Assembly (NCBI GenBank): GCA_046706145.1
Contig: JBJKPP010000157.1
Coordinates: forward strand, 1-41,592
Source of the DNA: Ignavibacteriaceae bacterium
GTDB lineage: Bacteria > Bacteroidota > Ignavibacteria > Ignavibacteriales > Ignavibacteriaceae
DNA: 41,592 bases
Direction of reading: 5' to 3'
This document shows, piece after piece, positions 39,412-41,592 of this stretch (positions within the stretch are counted from its first letter, which is position 1; the number at the start of each line of letters is the position of its first letter). The position numbers and the translations under genes are program-made. The notes under the pieces were generated by a model, which was given only the letters and a program-made list of their open reading frames with translations, was not told where the DNA came from and did not search any database.

Positions 39412-40389
39412 ATGACAGAAGAAGAAATTATAGCTAAAGGGAAAGAAGTAATTAGAATTGAATCTGAGGCTGTTTCTGATTTAGCTGACAGCATTGATGA
39501 AGAATTTGTCAAGGCTGTTGAAACAATTGGAAATTCTAAAGGTAGGGTAGTGCTTACCGGAATGGGGAAGTCTGGACTTATAGCGCGCAAGATAGTAGCG
39601 ACATTAAATTCAACTGGAACCGCAGCAATTTATCTGCATCCTACCGATGCTTTGCATGGGGATTTAGGAATGGTAAGGTCTGAAGATGTGGTTGTCGTGA
39701 TTTCAAAAAGCGGCAATACCTCTGAGATTTTAAATCTTTTGCCAATGTTTCAAAGACTTCATGTAATAATAATCGCAATGTGCGGAAATCGTAAATCAAT
39801 TCTTGGCAGCCAATGCGATATTTATCTTAACATAGCAGTAAAAGAGGAAGCCTGCCCTCTCGATTTGGCACCTACTGCTTCAACAACCGCGACCTTGGCA
39901 ATGGGAGATGCGCTTTCAGTAGCATTACTTGAGCAGAGAAACTTTACTGCAGAAGATTTTGCAATGCTTCATCCCGGCGGTAGTTTGGGGAAGAGACTTT
40001 CTTTAAAGATTGAAGAAATAATGATTAAAGGGAACAAAATTCCGATTGTACATGAAGAAACTCCTTTGAAAGATGCAATTATTGAGATTACTTCTAAGAG
40101 ACTTGGTGCAACTTGCGTTACTAACCAGGAAGGTATTTTGGTCGGAATAATTACTGATGGGGATTTAAGACGTTTGATGGAAAAAACTATGGAAATTAAA
40201 AATTTGAAATCAAAAGATATTATGACCAGGAATCCCAAAGTAATGGTAAAAGATTATCTTGCTTCATTTGCATTACAGCAAATGGAAAACTTCAAAATTA
40301 CTTCTTTAATTATTATTGACGACCAAAAAAAACCAATCGGAATAGTTCATCTGCATGATTTAATCAATCTTGGTTTACAGCAGAGATGA
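39412..40389 (+). CDS. kdsD: arabinose-5-phosphate isomerase (KdsD/KpsF; SIS domain plus tandem CBS domains)
   Basis: GRVVLTGMGKSG, VISKSGNTSE, HPGGSLG, then two CBS repeats. Confidence 0.9.
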   Translation: MTEEEIIAKGKEVIRIESEAVSDLADSIDEEFVKAVETIGNSKGRVVLTGMGKSGLIARKIVATLNSTGTAAIYLHPTDALHGDLGMVRSEDVVVVISKSGNTSEILNLLPMFQRLHVIIIAMCGNRKSILGSQCDIYLNIAVKEEACPLDLAPTASTTATLAMGDALSVALLEQRNFTAEDFAMLHPGGSLGKRLSLKIEEIMIKGNKIPIVHEETPLKDAIIEITSKRLGATCVTNQEGILVGIITDGDLRRLMEKTMEIKNLKSKDIMTRNPKVMVKDYLASFALQQMENFKITSLIIIDDQKKPIGIVHLHDLINLGLQQR

Positions 40390-40928
40390 GGCTGCTTTCT
40401 TTTTTCTTATTGCTCGCTACCATTTTATCAGCTTGTTCTGAAAAAAGAGTTAAACCAACCGTTAATTCCAACATAAATGTAGAACAACTCCCAGACGAAG
40501 AAAGCTGGAATTCTACGGTATTTTTTTCAGACTCCGGTAAAACAAAAGCTGTTCTTAAAGCCGGCAGAATTAGAGTTTACTCAAACACTCAAGAGACTTT
40601 ACTTGACAGCACTATCCATGTAGATTTTTATGACGAAGAAGGCAAAATTACATCTGTTCTTACTGCAAAACGCGGCAAAGTTAATAATGCTACAAATGAT
40701 TTATATGCCGTTGATAGTGTAGTTGCTGTTAATGACAGCGGTGTTACCTTGAGAACAAGTGAACTTATGTGGAGAAATAAAGACAGAAAAATAGTCTCTA
40801 ATAAATTCGTGACGATAACCAGCCCGAAAGAAAATATACAAGGGTACGGATTTGAGTCGGACCAATCGTTGAGAAATTACGTTATATACAACATAACTTA
40901 TATAACTAAAACCGATAGTACTAAATGA
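40386..40928 (+). CDS. lptC: LptC-like LPS export protein, predicted lipoprotein
   Basis: ATGA overlap with kdsD. Lipobox ILSAC. 180-aa beta-jellyroll-like sequence, positioned between kdsD and an OstA-like gene as in the classical kdsD-lptC-lptA arrangement. Confidence 0.6.
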   Translation: MRLLSFFLLLATILSACSEKRVKPTVNSNINVEQLPDEESWNSTVFFSDSGKTKAVLKAGRIRVYSNTQETLLDSTIHVDFYDEEGKITSVLTAKRGKVNNATNDLYAVDSVVAVNDSGVTLRTSELMWRNKDRKIVSNKFVTITSPKENIQGYGFESDQSLRNYVIYNITYITKTDSTK

Positions 40929-41592
40929 AGTTAATTATAGCTTTATTTTTAATTCTATATGTTTCTTGTTCTGTACTTGCACAGAATGAAAATATTATTC
41001 AAGTAACAGGGAAAAAATATATTGGAAAGACTGTCAACGGAGTTTCTGTTAGGGAAGTACAAGGAGATGTTATTTTAAAGCAGGGAAATGTTGTAATTAC
41101 CTGTGACACAGCTATTCAATATATTTCCAGTAATAACGCAAAGCTTATTGGAGATGTTGTTATAACACAAGATACTGTAACAATTATTACGAACGAAGGT
41201 TATTATTATGGCTCTGAAAGAAGAGCAGAAACAACTACTGGAATCAAGCTAAACGACAAGAAAGTTATACTAACAGCAGATTCCGGTAATTATTATTTTA
41301 ATGAAAAAAAAGCTGTATTTGTGCATAATGTTAAGCTCTATGACACTACTTCAACTTTAACTTCTGAACGATTAATATATTTTAGAGACGAAGATAAAGT
41401 AATTGCAACTGGAAATGTTAAAATCATAAACGCTAGCAATATTATTTACGCAGATAGTCTCGATTATTATAGAAAGAATAAAATAAGTTTTGCCTATAGA
41501 AATGTTGAAATAAGAGACTTAAAAAATAATGTTGTGATATTTGGAAACCACTTGGAAGATTATGCAAATAAACATTACACTCTGGTAGATAA
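40925..41592 (+). CDS. LptA/OstA-like (OstA_N repeat) protein, 5' part; runs off the window end
   Basis: ATG at 40925 (ATGA overlap with lptC). Signal peptide MKLIIALFLILYVSCSVLAQ, then repetitive GDVxL.. / A..A.Y motifs typical of OstA-N domains. No stop codon before 41592, so it is absent from the ORF track. Confidence 0.55.
   Translation, partial: MKLIIALFLILYVSCSVLAQNENIIQVTGKKYIGKTVNGVSVREVQGDVILKQGNVVITCDTAIQYISSNNAKLIGDVVITQDTVTIITNEGYYYGSERRAETTTGIKLNDKKVILTADSGNYYFNEKKAVFVHNVKLYDTTSTLTSERLIYFRDEDKVIATGNVKIINASNIIYADSLDYYRKNKISFAYRNVEIRDLKNNVVIFGNHLEDYANKHYTLVD

Noticed and set aside
1-41592. Scan for CRISPR arrays, tRNA/rRNA genes, IS elements, integrases, and toxin-antitoxin or defence modules
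   Set aside because: I saw no spaced direct repeats, no tRNA T-arm (GTTCGAATC-like) motif outside coding sequence, and no transposase-, integrase- or nuclease-like ORFs. The window reads as conserved chromosomal backbone.

Overview
AT-rich chromosomal backbone from an FCB-group bacterium (Bacteroidota/Ignavibacteriota-like, judged from T9SS genes, a DUF1573 protein and an OMP_b-brl-type receptor). I count about 38 protein genes, tightly packed, many joined by ATGA-type start/stop overlaps. In order: groES 3' end; a 693-nt non-coding gap; maeB; a CPBP protease; an esterase; a TonB-dependent-like barrel; hpnC-hpnD-hpnE (squalene synthesis); sprA and porX (T9SS); tsaE (absent from the ORF track); tsaB; a DUF1573 protein; accD-panC convergent with birA-coaX; dnaK; hsp20; a DUF1624-like membrane protein; ruvB; an M1 peptidase; phnD-phnC-phnE; pstB-phoU; a TetR regulator; ytxH; a rhomboid protease; kdsA-kdsD-lptC and a partial lptA/ostA-like gene. 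I found no rRNA, tRNA, CRISPR array, transposase, integrase or recognisable defence or toxin module, so I cannot point to a clear novel multi-gene system. The most unusual sequence-level signal is that three conserved genes (tsaE, panC, probably sprA) have no in-frame ATG/GTG/TTG upstream of essential N-terminal motifs, so they must start at AUA/AUU/AUC; two of these sit exactly on the upstream gene's stop codon. Secondary leads: a groES with no groEL and a long structured non-coding tail; a 21-codon hydrophobic micro-ORF or sRNA candidate with its own strong terminator between phnE and pstB; a pstB-phoU pair without pstSCA beside phnDCE; and hpnCDE without a cyclase in view.
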